Below, in pieces: positions 19,301-27,764 of a stretch of DNA of 64,000 nt. The stretch is from a virus (lineage: Duplodnaviria > Caudoviricetes). The notes below the pieces were generated by a model. It had not been told where the DNA came from. It worked only from the letters and a program-made list of their open reading frames with translations, and searched no databases. The number at the start of each line of letters is the position of its first letter. Position 1 is the first letter of the stretch. The position numbers and the translations under genes were made by a program. Location of the stretch: IMG/VR virus record IMGVR_UViG_3300032007_000080, positions 3,210-67,209 of that record; one strand, given 5' to 3'.

Positions 19301-19865
19301 CACAGTATAATCTAATAGCAAATGCAATTTTATCGAGTTGTTCTACAATTCTAGGATTGTCCATATCCAATAATTCCGACATCTCATTAAATGTTTTGCC
19401 ATCTTTAAATCTATACTTGTAAATTAAATATTCTAAATTGTTTCTCCTCTTAATCTTACTTTCAAATTCTAATAACTTATCATCAAGTTCATTATATTTT
19501 ATATAGTCTATAATATCTTGATATTTGCTAGGTTCATCATAATTTTTCCATAAATACATATCATATATGTTAGACTTACCAGTCATTATGAAAGCAGCAA
19601 ATATTGCAAATGTAATTGATACTACTAAATCTACTTTCAATAATACAAATAAACTTAACATTATTAGAGCACTCCACACTAAACATCTGTACCAAGTTTT
19701 GAAATGAAGTGACTTACCAAATAAACCTCTTGCAATCATAAATGTTAACATTACTAAAATGATATAATTGATGGGTAGTTTCAACAATATACCCATCAGA
19801 GCTATAATTATTGTTTCTGCTATGTTGAAGATAAGACTAGGAAGAATTTTCCTAAATTTTTCCAT
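19293..19865 (-). CDS. AgrB-like membrane cysteine peptidase fused to a C-terminal sigma-70 region-4-like HTH
   Basis: TM segments with R-GLF-G-KSL-H-FKTWYR-C (His...Cys at +7, as in S. aureus AgrB H77/C84); C-terminal EYLIYKYRFKDGKTFNEMSELLDMDNPRIVEQL. Confidence 0.65.
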   Translation of the reverse strand: MEKFRKILPSLIFNIAETIIIALMGILLKLPINYIILVMLTFMIARGLFGKSLHFKTWYRCLVWSALIMLSLFVLLKVDLVVSITFAIFAAFIMTGKSNIYDMYLWKNYDEPSKYQDIIDYIKYNELDDKLLEFESKIKRRNNLEYLIYKYRFKDGKTFNEMSELLDMDNPRIVEQLDKIAFAIRLYCGI

Positions 19866-19868
19866 ATC

Positions 19869-19922
19869 TTATTCTCCTTCTTCAACATCAAACAATAGAA
19901 ACCAACTTCTCCAAGGTTTCAT
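19869..19922 (-). CDS. 17-aa AgrD-like peptide MKPWRSWFLLFDVEEGE (below the ORF-track cutoff)
   Basis: Strong GGAGGTG RBS overlapping the upstream stop; aromatic core followed by an acidic DVEEGE tail. Confidence 0.6.
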   Translation of the reverse strand: MKPWRSWFLLFDVEEGE

Positions 19923-19928
19923 AGTAAA

Positions 19929-20477
19929 TCACCTCCAACTCATATAAAATAATATAGAATTGTTTATTATAAAAAACATTATATTGAACAAAACTAAATT
20001 TATACATCTAAATGTAATTGATTTCATAGGTTTTGGTATTTTATCATTTCTATTCCAAAATTTCTTATGCATATTTTGTATTTTATATAATTTGTTTCTA
20101 ATAAAATACAATATTATAAATAACATAATTTTAGCTAATATATTACAAATAATAATGTCTTTTATTGTTACAGCAACTATTATATAACTAATCGTAGATA
20201 TAATTATCATCAATATACTCGCTATACCTAATGTGAATATATCTGTTATTTGTGATTTCTCGTGATATAATAATCTTAATATCATATAAGTTATAATAAA
20301 ATATGATATGTGAGACCAGATAGTCACAGGAGTAAAATTAAATAATAAAATATATTCTATTATCATTAAAATTGTAAATAATATCTGTTTCTTATCTAGT
20401 CTCTTTGTAAATATCATAAATAATGCAAAATATATTGCTTCTGGAATTTGACCTAATAACAATTGTAAAACATCCAC
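19929..20477 (-). CDS. Polytopic membrane protein resembling the sensor domain of AgrC-type kinases (no kinase domain)
   Basis: About 5-6 hydrophobic segments, 182 aa, first gene of the agr-like operon; family call rests mainly on topology and context. Confidence 0.45.
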   Translation of the reverse strand: MDVLQLLLGQIPEAIYFALFMIFTKRLDKKQILFTILMIIEYILLFNFTPVTIWSHISYFIITYMILRLLYHEKSQITDIFTLGIASILMIIISTISYIIVAVTIKDIIICNILAKIMLFIILYFIRNKLYKIQNMHKKFWNRNDKIPKPMKSITFRCINLVLFNIMFFIINNSILFYMSWR

Positions 20478-20498
20478 TTTCTTTTTCTCCTTTATAAT

Positions 20499-20527
20499 AT
20501 TATATCATAAAGAATTATGAAAGTAAA
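20499..20527 (-). promoter_or_regulatory. Promoter of the agr-like operon
   Basis: TTTACT-17 nt-TATAAT with an extended -10 TG. Confidence 0.65.
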
Positions 20528-20547
20528 CAAATTCGTTAATTATTATT

Positions 20548-22368
20548 TTAATAACCTGTTGTCCAACCTGCATTTACAAAATCTTGATAATTACTTAATG
20601 TTTTACAAATATTCGCTTGTTCTTCTGTTAAACCTATACGCTTTAAAGTTTTATTAGAAGTTATTTTTACAGCATTTGTACACATTGCTAATATATTGTT
20701 TAAACTTTCATTGTTTAAACTTGAACAACTACTAAACATATAACCCATATTAGTCACATTACTTGTATTTAATAAAGGTATTGTTGTTAAACTTGAACAA
20801 CCACTAAACATATAAACCATATTAGTCACATTACTTGTATTTAATAAAGGTGTTCCATCTGTTTTACTTGGTATAGTTATTATATTCTTATCAATATCTT
20901 TATCTTGGTCTGTTAATATTCTTGGTTGCATATTATTATATTGTACTTGAATTTTGGCATATACTTCGGCATTTACATCTGTAAATGAATTACTTACACT
21001 TGTTGTTAATGTTCCATTTTCTACACCATTTTTACCATAAAATGTTTTTTCATATACATAATCTGGTGTTGCATTTAATTGTGATTTTGCTATAGAATAT
21101 TTATAATAAGGTACATAGTTTATCAAATCATCTATAAAATAACTTGTACGAGTATTACCATTTAAAGGTAATATATCATAATAAACAGAACATCTAAAAC
21201 CATTATTGCTGTCCATTATAATAGGTAAACAATTCATAGTAATATTTGAATTATAATACCATTTATAACCATCATAAGTACTGCCTACTTCATTAAAAGT
21301 CACAGTTTGGGTGTTAATAATAGTATAAGTGTCTAAGTCTAATTCATTAAATATAAGAGAAGGAATATTATCACCATTATGTCTCAAAGCCAAACTATAT
21401 GTCTTAGCACTTGTTTCAATTACTCCCAAAGCATATCCATCTTCATAACCAGTTTTAATGGTTCTTTCTATAATATAATATTTATTATTAAACTTTCCTA
21501 TACAATATCTATCCCCATTCATACTATCAAATAAATAATTTTCGGCTAAATTAATAAATTCAGCATAATCTATAATAGTATTGTCATAATCATAAGGTAC
21601 ACGAGATGTGTCATCAGCCCCATCTACAATAGGTAATTGAAAATATTTATCTTTAAATTCAGTGTATTCATATAACCCATCAAAATAATTTCCACCTATT
21701 TTCATAAAGTTTCCAATTACATTATTGAATGGACCACCCATGCTTGTCCATTTAATGGTTGTACCAAATTCTTGTAGTTCTTCTCCACCATCAGTTCTTG
21801 TATATGTTATTCCATCTTGTGAAGTATATTCTACTCTTATTTGACTACTTTCACCCCAACCATCAAATCTAAACCTTGATGATGACATATCTACATTCCC
21901 ATCAAACATTACACTGTGGTCTACTGCTCTAAATCTTCCATAAACGTTACCTGTAAACGCTTCGTCTAACACTACTGTATTTGGGAATATACAACTACTA
22001 AATTCATTTTCTTCTGTTACTGGCTGTATTTCTTCTCTGTAAACTACTGCTAAATCTCCTTCTTTTGCAGTTGTATCAGCTCGCATTTCTTCTATAGTTT
22101 TAAACAGTTTTACATCTCCTCCAGTTTGAGGTACGTTAACACTAATTACTACTTGGTCCATTGCATCATAACCAGTATCAGGTAATTGTGTATAATTACC
22201 ATTAGTTGTTATACTAATGGATTTCGTTTGATAGTTACCAGCAGTTTCTATCTCCATTATTTTACTATCAAACTCTGCTGCGGGGATACTTGTATTATCC
22301 CCGAGCTTTGTTTTGATAGCTGTGGCAACATCATTTAAAAAATTCGTTAAATTATTTATTCTCGCCAT
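20548..22368 (-). CDS. Putative tail fibre/receptor-binding protein with BspA/DUF285-like LRR repeats (paralog A)
   Basis: N-terminal NLTNFLNDVATAIKTKLG; repeats PLLNTSNVTNMxYMFSxCSSL; C-terminal AGWTTGY. Confidence 0.6.
   Translation of the reverse strand: MARINNLTNFLNDVATAIKTKLGDNTSIPAAEFDSKIMEIETAGNYQTKSISITTNGNYTQLPDTGYDAMDQVVISVNVPQTGGDVKLFKTIEEMRADTTAKEGDLAVVYREEIQPVTEENEFSSCIFPNTVVLDEAFTGNVYGRFRAVDHSVMFDGNVDMSSSRFRFDGWGESSQIRVEYTSQDGITYTRTDGGEELQEFGTTIKWTSMGGPFNNVIGNFMKIGGNYFDGLYEYTEFKDKYFQLPIVDGADDTSRVPYDYDNTIIDYAEFINLAENYLFDSMNGDRYCIGKFNNKYYIIERTIKTGYEDGYALGVIETSAKTYSLALRHNGDNIPSLIFNELDLDTYTIINTQTVTFNEVGSTYDGYKWYYNSNITMNCLPIIMDSNNGFRCSVYYDILPLNGNTRTSYFIDDLINYVPYYKYSIAKSQLNATPDYVYEKTFYGKNGVENGTLTTSVSNSFTDVNAEVYAKIQVQYNNMQPRILTDQDKDIDKNIITIPSKTDGTPLLNTSNVTNMVYMFSGCSSLTTIPLLNTSNVTNMGYMFSSCSSLNNESLNNILAMCTNAVKITSNKTLKRIGLTEEQANICKTLSNYQDFVNAGWTTGY
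20716..20850. repeat. 72-bp tandem duplication (24-aa LRR-like unit)
   Basis: Two near-identical copies starting at 20716 and 20788. Confidence 0.85.
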
Positions 22369-22386
22369 TAGTTATCACTCCCCTTT

Positions 22387-23805
22387 CTAATATCCAGTAG
22401 TCCATCCAGCATCTAAAAATGTTTGATAATTTGTTAAACTTTGACAAGTAGTTGCCTCTGCGGATGTTATTCCTAAATATCTTAATGTTTTTGTACCAGT
22501 ATAAGATGTAGCATTTGCACACATTAACAATATACTATTCAAAGAATTATCATCTAAATTAGGACAATAACTTCCATAACTTCCAAATAATTCAGCCATT
22601 GTGGTAACTTTTGATGTGTCTATTGTACTAGGAAAAACAATAGTCGTTAAATGTTTGCAACCCCAAAACATGGTAGCCAAGCTTGTGATATTACTAAAAT
22701 CTAAATTGCTCAAATCACATGTTACTAAATTAGTGCAACTATCAAACATACTTGTTACATCTTTAACATGTGACGTATCGAATATGTTTGATAATTTATA
22801 ATATGTAACATCAGTATCATGATAATATAATTTTGATAAATCTAATAATTTATTTTTTTGAGCTTCAATTAATGTAAAATCATCATTTTCTTTTAAATAT
22901 AAATCTGATTGATAAGATTTTGTTCTCAAAAATTTAGAAACCTCATCATACCAACCACCTGTATTACTATACTTAAATGATGTAACAAATTTAACAGTAT
23001 CTCCTGTTATAGTTCCGACATTTCCTGGAATTGTAAATGTAGTTCTATTATATGTAATTCCATTAGTGCTAGTATATTTTATATAACTCGGATTTATAAA
23101 ATTAAATTGTGTTCTATTACCATAAGCAGATACAGTACTATTATTATCAGTACGTCTAAATGATGTACTAAATGAAGAAGTTATTGGAGTTTGCATAACA
23201 ATTTGTTCTGGAAAAACTAATTCATCAAATATAGAAGCAGTATTAATCTCATTTAATATTTCTGTTAAAACTATTGATTGAACTCCATTCTGTATTTTGG
23301 TTGATTGTTCCATTTCTGATACTGAACCAAAAAAATATAATTTATTAGGATCTTCTATATATGTACCAGTTATTTTATTACCATTTACATAAGCAGTTTT
23401 ACCTTCTGTAATATCACTTGATGTAGCTGTAGCGTCTGATGTATCAATGGTTGGTACATTTATAGTTAAATCAATGCTAGAAAATCCATCATACCCTGTT
23501 TCTGGGCTTAAAACTATATGAGTATTTTGTGTAAATTCATAATTTTTAGTTTGTAATGCTGGTATTGGTACTTGAACATTTATCAATATACTAGATAATG
23601 CGTCATACCCTGTATCAGGCGTTATAGTTTGACTTCCATTAGTTGTAATATTTACAGATTTAGCTTGATATGTTCCAACAGTTTCAATTTCTCCAATTTT
23701 TGTGTCAAATTGACTTGCTGGTATATCTGTCTGGTCACCTAATTTAGCTTTTATTGCTGCAGCTACATCGGTTAAAAAATTAGTTAAATTACTTGTATCA
23801 GCCAT
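22387..23805 (-). CDS. Putative tail fibre/receptor-binding protein with BspA/DUF285-like repeats (paralog B)
   Basis: Shares N- and C-terminal motifs with 20548..22368; DTSHVKDVTSMFDSC and DFSNITSLATMFWGC repeats. Confidence 0.6.
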   Translation of the reverse strand: MADTSNLTNFLTDVAAAIKAKLGDQTDIPASQFDTKIGEIETVGTYQAKSVNITTNGSQTITPDTGYDALSSILINVQVPIPALQTKNYEFTQNTHIVLSPETGYDGFSSIDLTINVPTIDTSDATATSSDITEGKTAYVNGNKITGTYIEDPNKLYFFGSVSEMEQSTKIQNGVQSIVLTEILNEINTASIFDELVFPEQIVMQTPITSSFSTSFRRTDNNSTVSAYGNRTQFNFINPSYIKYTSTNGITYNRTTFTIPGNVGTITGDTVKFVTSFKYSNTGGWYDEVSKFLRTKSYQSDLYLKENDDFTLIEAQKNKLLDLSKLYYHDTDVTYYKLSNIFDTSHVKDVTSMFDSCTNLVTCDLSNLDFSNITSLATMFWGCKHLTTIVFPSTIDTSKVTTMAELFGSYGSYCPNLDDNSLNSILLMCANATSYTGTKTLRYLGITSAEATTCQSLTNYQTFLDAGWTTGY

Positions 23806-24302
23806 TAATATTCACCTCCTAATACTTGAGTTATTTTTTCTTGTATCTGGTCATCTGTATATTTTTTAGCTTCATTAAATTTATTATCAGTATAGGCCTT
23901 TGCAGAATTTAATGCAGCCATTATAGCCTCATTCATTTGTTCTGTTGTAGAATATTTTGACAAATCAAATTGTACCATACCAATAGGGTCCCATTTTGAG
24001 CCAGTCCACAAATACTCAATTAAGTTATCACCATCAACCAATAAATATATTTTGTTAGTTTGACCACTAGATGGTAATTCTTCTACAACAATAAATAATT
24101 CGGTGTCTATTGCTCCACTAATAAGTTCCAATAATGTAGAATAACTGCCATCAGGATTTAACCATTTATTTGGTAATGATGCCTTGTTCTCATATTCAGG
24201 AACAGCATTTTGTACAACATTACCTAGTAAATCTGTGGTAGAACCATCTTCATTATATGACTTATTTGGTAGAGACATTTTTAAATCATAATCTGTAGCC
24301 AT
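23805..24302 (-). CDS. Hypothetical structural/fibre-associated protein
   Basis: FIVVEELPSSGQTNKIYLL...EYLWTGSKWDPIG motif common in phage fibre proteins. Confidence 0.5.
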   Translation of the reverse strand: MATDYDLKMSLPNKSYNEDGSTTDLLGNVVQNAVPEYENKASLPNKWLNPDGSYSTLLELISGAIDTELFIVVEELPSSGQTNKIYLLVDGDNLIEYLWTGSKWDPIGMVQFDLSKYSTTEQMNEAIMAALNSAKAYTDNKFNEAKKYTDDQIQEKITQVLGGEY

Positions 24303-24441
24303 TTAACTCTCCTTTCTATTATCTTAAAAATTGGACGAATAAAGATAACATTGTGATTTAGAATGTTTCTCCTCATTCGTCCTCTCATTAGACAATAATA
24401 TATTCTAATAGTATTTTATAATATAATGTTTACATTGTCAA

Positions 24442-25413
24442 TTAGTAAGCTCGAACTAATGAACAATATTTTAAGTTTACCCATCCACTAGGTGTTCTAG
24501 CCCAGTCACCAGAAATTTCATAAGTATCAAATCTCGTACCATTTTTATACGTTTTAACTATTCCATAACTTGTACCAGGACCTTTACGAACATTTAAACC
24601 TGATGGAGTATTTACTACATATAAACCAAGTTTAAATCCAGATGTTGTCCCAGTAGATTTTTTGTCAGTATAATCTAATGAAATCCAACCAGCTCCAGAT
24701 TTTAATTTACCCCATAGAGTAGCTCCAGGACCTTGACTTTCTTTAACTATCGTATATGTTCCTTTATCTTTAATTGAACTAGTTATACCATAGTTTGTAC
24801 CAGGACCTTGTCTAATATTAAGAACATCAGCTGTAACTTTAACCGTATAATTAGTTTCAGTTGTTCCTTGATATGGTGTATTATCTCCAGAAGTGTCTTT
24901 ACCATCTAATTTGTCATTTATTGCTTTTGCTAATTCATTAAATCTACCTTGTAAATATGGACCAGGGCAATTTGTATTAGCAAACATATTATGTCTAGTC
25001 AAAGAACCACTAGGTTGAGAATTGTATTCCATTCTAAAACCGTGTCTTTTACAAACATCTACACCAAGTTTAATTAAAGCATTCCAAGCTTTGTCTGAAA
25101 TTTCCCAATTAGGACCTAATGTACTATTTGCAACTTCTACAGTTATCGCTTGAAAATCATTAGTTCTATTTGAACTTGTCCAAGCCCTATTGTTTTCGTC
25201 AACATTTCCAACTATTTCACCATCATAACCAATACAATAATTAGCAGATGCGTTTCTTGATGAGGCTTGAAATAATCTTGCACATTGAGTCCCTGTTAAT
25301 TTACCAGCCATGTGGTGAGGAGTGAATTTACAAATTTTGTAACCATTTCTACCTTTAGTGTAATTTGAACTATCAGCTAGAACGGTTTGAGATATTAAAC
25401 TACTAAATCCCAT
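24442..25413 (-). CDS. Endolysin: N-acetylmuramoyl-L-alanine amidase (Amidase_2) plus two SH3b domains
   Basis: TPHHMAG, ASANYCIG, RAWTS, HNMFANTNCPG; LNIRQGPGTNY and LNVRKGPGTSY SH3b repeats. Confidence 0.9.
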   Translation of the reverse strand: MGFSSLISQTVLADSSNYTKGRNGYKICKFTPHHMAGKLTGTQCARLFQASSRNASANYCIGYDGEIVGNVDENNRAWTSSNRTNDFQAITVEVANSTLGPNWEISDKAWNALIKLGVDVCKRHGFRMEYNSQPSGSLTRHNMFANTNCPGPYLQGRFNELAKAINDKLDGKDTSGDNTPYQGTTETNYTVKVTADVLNIRQGPGTNYGITSSIKDKGTYTIVKESQGPGATLWGKLKSGAGWISLDYTDKKSTGTTSGFKLGLYVVNTPSGLNVRKGPGTSYGIVKTYKNGTRFDTYEISGDWARTPSGWVNLKYCSLVRAY

Positions 25414-25487
25414 TATTCTTCTCCTCCTTCATTATTTGAAAGTTCTGCCTCCATCTCAGGAGTTAATTCTACATTCTCGTCTTCCAT
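25413..25487 (-). CDS. 24-aa acidic peptide MEDENVELTPEMEAELSNNEGGEE coupled to the endolysin
   Basis: GGAGG RBS; TAATG stop/start overlap with the amidase. Confidence 0.55.
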   Translation of the reverse strand: MEDENVELTPEMEAELSNNEGGEE

Positions 25488-25488
25488 A

Positions 25489-25770
25489 TTATTGTCCTCC
25501 TTTCAAAAGGCCTTTCCCTACCTCATAGATACCAATAGAAGTACCTAAAAGTATGAACATGTTAATGATACCAGATACTATACCGGCAAAATCAAATTGT
25601 CCAACATAGACAATTCTAAGTACACCAACTATTATAGAAAATACCAATGCTAACCATTTAGTATCTAATTTCTCTGGTAAATATTTTTTGAAAATTTGTG
25701 TAAGTAATGTGATTATAAGTGAACATCCCCCAATTGTACCTAAAATTTCAATACTAATAAATTCGTTCAT
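25489..25770 (-). CDS. Holin
   Basis: 93 aa with three TM segments, upstream of the endolysin. Confidence 0.8.
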   Translation of the reverse strand: MNEFISIEILGTIGGCSLIITLLTQIFKKYLPEKLDTKWLALVFSIIVGVLRIVYVGQFDFAGIVSGIINMFILLGTSIGIYEVGKGLLKGGQ

Positions 25771-25771
25771 A

Positions 25772-26083
25772 CTAATCCTCCTTTACTTTCTCCAAATATG
25801 CTCCATTTTGTCTAATAATCAAGCCTTCTGGACCAACACAACTGTACATATCGTCGCCTATAATTCCCATAACAGTAAGTACTATACCTTCTGGGATTGT
25901 AACATTGTCCATATCCACAGTCTCTGTAGTTGTTACCTTATCTCCAATTTTAAATTTGGCAGGTTCTACAGTAGTACCCATAGGAGTATGTTTTACTTGC
26001 ATCGCCTCTATTTTAACTTCTCCAGCCACTGGGTCTTTTTCATAGTCAGTCATATCAATATATTGTTTCTTATTTTTAATCAT
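25772..26083 (-). CDS. Hypothetical protein
   Basis: ORF with GGAGGT RBS. Confidence 0.6.
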   Translation of the reverse strand: MIKNKKQYIDMTDYEKDPVAGEVKIEAMQVKHTPMGTTVEPAKFKIGDKVTTTETVDMDNVTIPEGIVLTVMGIIGDDMYSCVGPEGLIIRQNGAYLEKVKED

Positions 26084-26101
26084 ATTAGGTACCTCCTTTC
26101 T

Positions 26102-26470
26102 TTAAATTTTATCTACATCTGTAGGTTGAACAGTAAAGCAATGAGTTAAACATTCAATAACTAACATGCCATCAACTCTAACAGATAATATTCTGTAATT
26201 ATAACCTTTTAAACCAGCGTGTATTCTTCTTCCTAAAAGGTCAAATTTCACATCAGGTTTTAATCTAACTGTATCACCAGGTTCAAAATTTTCAACTTTT
26301 TCTTCTTCGATAGATAAATTATTCATTTCTTCTTTTTGTTCTTCACCTGGTTCAACCTGGTTCTCCTGGTTATCATCAGGATTTATAATTTCTTCTAATA
26401 ATTCTTCTTGAACTTTTGGTGTCTCCTGAGATAGAGTTTCATTAACGTCTAAAGTCTTTCTTCTTCCCAT
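26102..26470 (-). CDS. Hypothetical protein
   Basis: ORF; likely start MGRRK with GGAGG RBS. Confidence 0.6.
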   Translation of the reverse strand: MGRRKTLDVNETLSQETPKVQEELLEEIINPDDNQENQVEPGEEQKEEMNNLSIEEEKVENFEPGDTVRLKPDVKFDLLGRRIHAGLKGYNYRILSVRVDGMLVIECLTHCFTVQPTDVDKI

Positions 26471-26633
26471 AGTCAATATCCTCCCTTCCAATAATTTTCT
26501 TTCTCCTCAAAGACCTACAAGAATAACATCTTCTAGGTAATGAGAAACCTTTTTCTTTATACCATAATTGTTCCTTTTCATCAATATTAAAAAATTCTCC
26601 ACACTCTTTACATCTTTGTTTTATTATTTCCAT
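26442..26633 (-). CDS. Zinc-ribbon protein (zf-trcl-like)
   Basis: CKECGEFF...EQLWYKEKGFSLPRRCYSCR. Confidence 0.75.
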   Translation of the reverse strand: MEIIKQRCKECGEFFNIDEKEQLWYKEKGFSLPRRCYSCRSLRRKKIIGREDIDYGKKKDFRR

Positions 26634-26645
26634 AATAACTCCTTT

Positions 26646-27155
26646 CTATTTTCTGTATAATGCATTTTTTGTAGTTATTATTGTTCCATTAGGTGTTATA
26701 ACCAATCTAGCGTTAGATGCTATACCATAAGCGTATGGACAATCGTGACCTACAACATTACATTTTACAAAATTTGAACTTTCTTTATAATCGTCATAAT
26801 CTACATCAACATAAAGGTCATTTTTTGAACGTAATTCAGTATTCATAAAAATTTCTTCTAGCTTTTGTGTAGTATTTAACGAATTTAGATTTATCTTACT
26901 AGCATCTTGACCAGTTTGATATAAAATGTCTTGTGATAACTCTTGTAAAACTTTTGATACTTCTGCTGTAGGATTTTTCTTATTTGCTTCATTTAAAACA
27001 TTATATTTATCAACATTATTCTTAATAGACATAAATTCTTCTGGAGTATATAACTCATTAAATTTTAATGTAGCTAAATATTGATTTGTTTCTCCATCAA
27101 AGTTTTGGTTATTAAGATATGTTTGAACCTTCAAATTTTCCAATATGTTTAACAT
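26646..27155 (-). CDS. Hypothetical protein
   Basis: ORF with GGAGG RBS. Confidence 0.6.
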   Translation of the reverse strand: MLNILENLKVQTYLNNQNFDGETNQYLATLKFNELYTPEEFMSIKNNVDKYNVLNEANKKNPTAEVSKVLQELSQDILYQTGQDASKINLNSLNTTQKLEEIFMNTELRSKNDLYVDVDYDDYKESSNFVKCNVVGHDCPYAYGIASNARLVITPNGTIITTKNALYRK

Positions 27156-27164
27156 ATTAACCTC

Positions 27165-27764
27165 CTATTTTTGGACAGGTTTTTTGCTTTGGAAATTGAA
27201 ATCAAAGTCGATACCATCTCCACCTTTTCCACCTTTATTTCCAAGTACTTTTTCATCAACATCTTTTAGTCTTTCATTAACTGCTTTATTAACTCTTTCT
27301 TGTAATTTTTCATTTATACCATCAATTCTATCTTGGAATGTATCAGGTAATGTAGATATATCAACGAATTCAAGAATTGCATCTCTGTCGTAACCTTTTT
27401 CTTTAATATATTTATCAACAGCTTTTTCTCTATCATTTATTGCATTTTTCTTTTCTGCCTCAGCTAATTTTTGATTTATTTTGTCTATTTCTCTTTTATA
27501 TTTTTCAGCCTCAGTTAATTTTGCCATTTCCTCAGCTTCTTTTTGTTTAGCATCTATGTCCTCTTGAATTGCTTTTCTAATTTCTTCTTCCCTACCAGCT
27601 AATGCTGCCTCCAATTTTTTATTTACCTCTGCATCTATGTCGGCTTTATTCTTTTCTAATGCTTTTGCTATCTTTTTATCAAAAGCAGCTTGATATTCAC
27701 CATCTTCTGCTAATATAGCATCTAAATCTAATTCTTCTCCGTTTTCATTTTTAAATTTTGCCAT
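27165..27764 (-). CDS. Capsid scaffolding protein (DUF4355-like)
   Basis: Highly charged E/K/A coiled coil (AEEMAKLTEAEKYKRE...VNKAVNERLK). Confidence 0.75.
   Translation of the reverse strand: MAKFKNENGEELDLDAILAEDGEYQAAFDKKIAKALEKNKADIDAEVNKKLEAALAGREEEIRKAIQEDIDAKQKEAEEMAKLTEAEKYKREIDKINQKLAEAEKKNAINDREKAVDKYIKEKGYDRDAILEFVDISTLPDTFQDRIDGINEKLQERVNKAVNERLKDVDEKVLGNKGGKGGDGIDFDFNFQSKKPVQK

Noticed and set aside
20716-20850. Near-identical repeat pair in a fibre gene as a DGR VR/TR
   Set aside because: The copies are adjacent, in-frame LRR units; the differences are not adenine-specific and no reverse transcriptase is in the window
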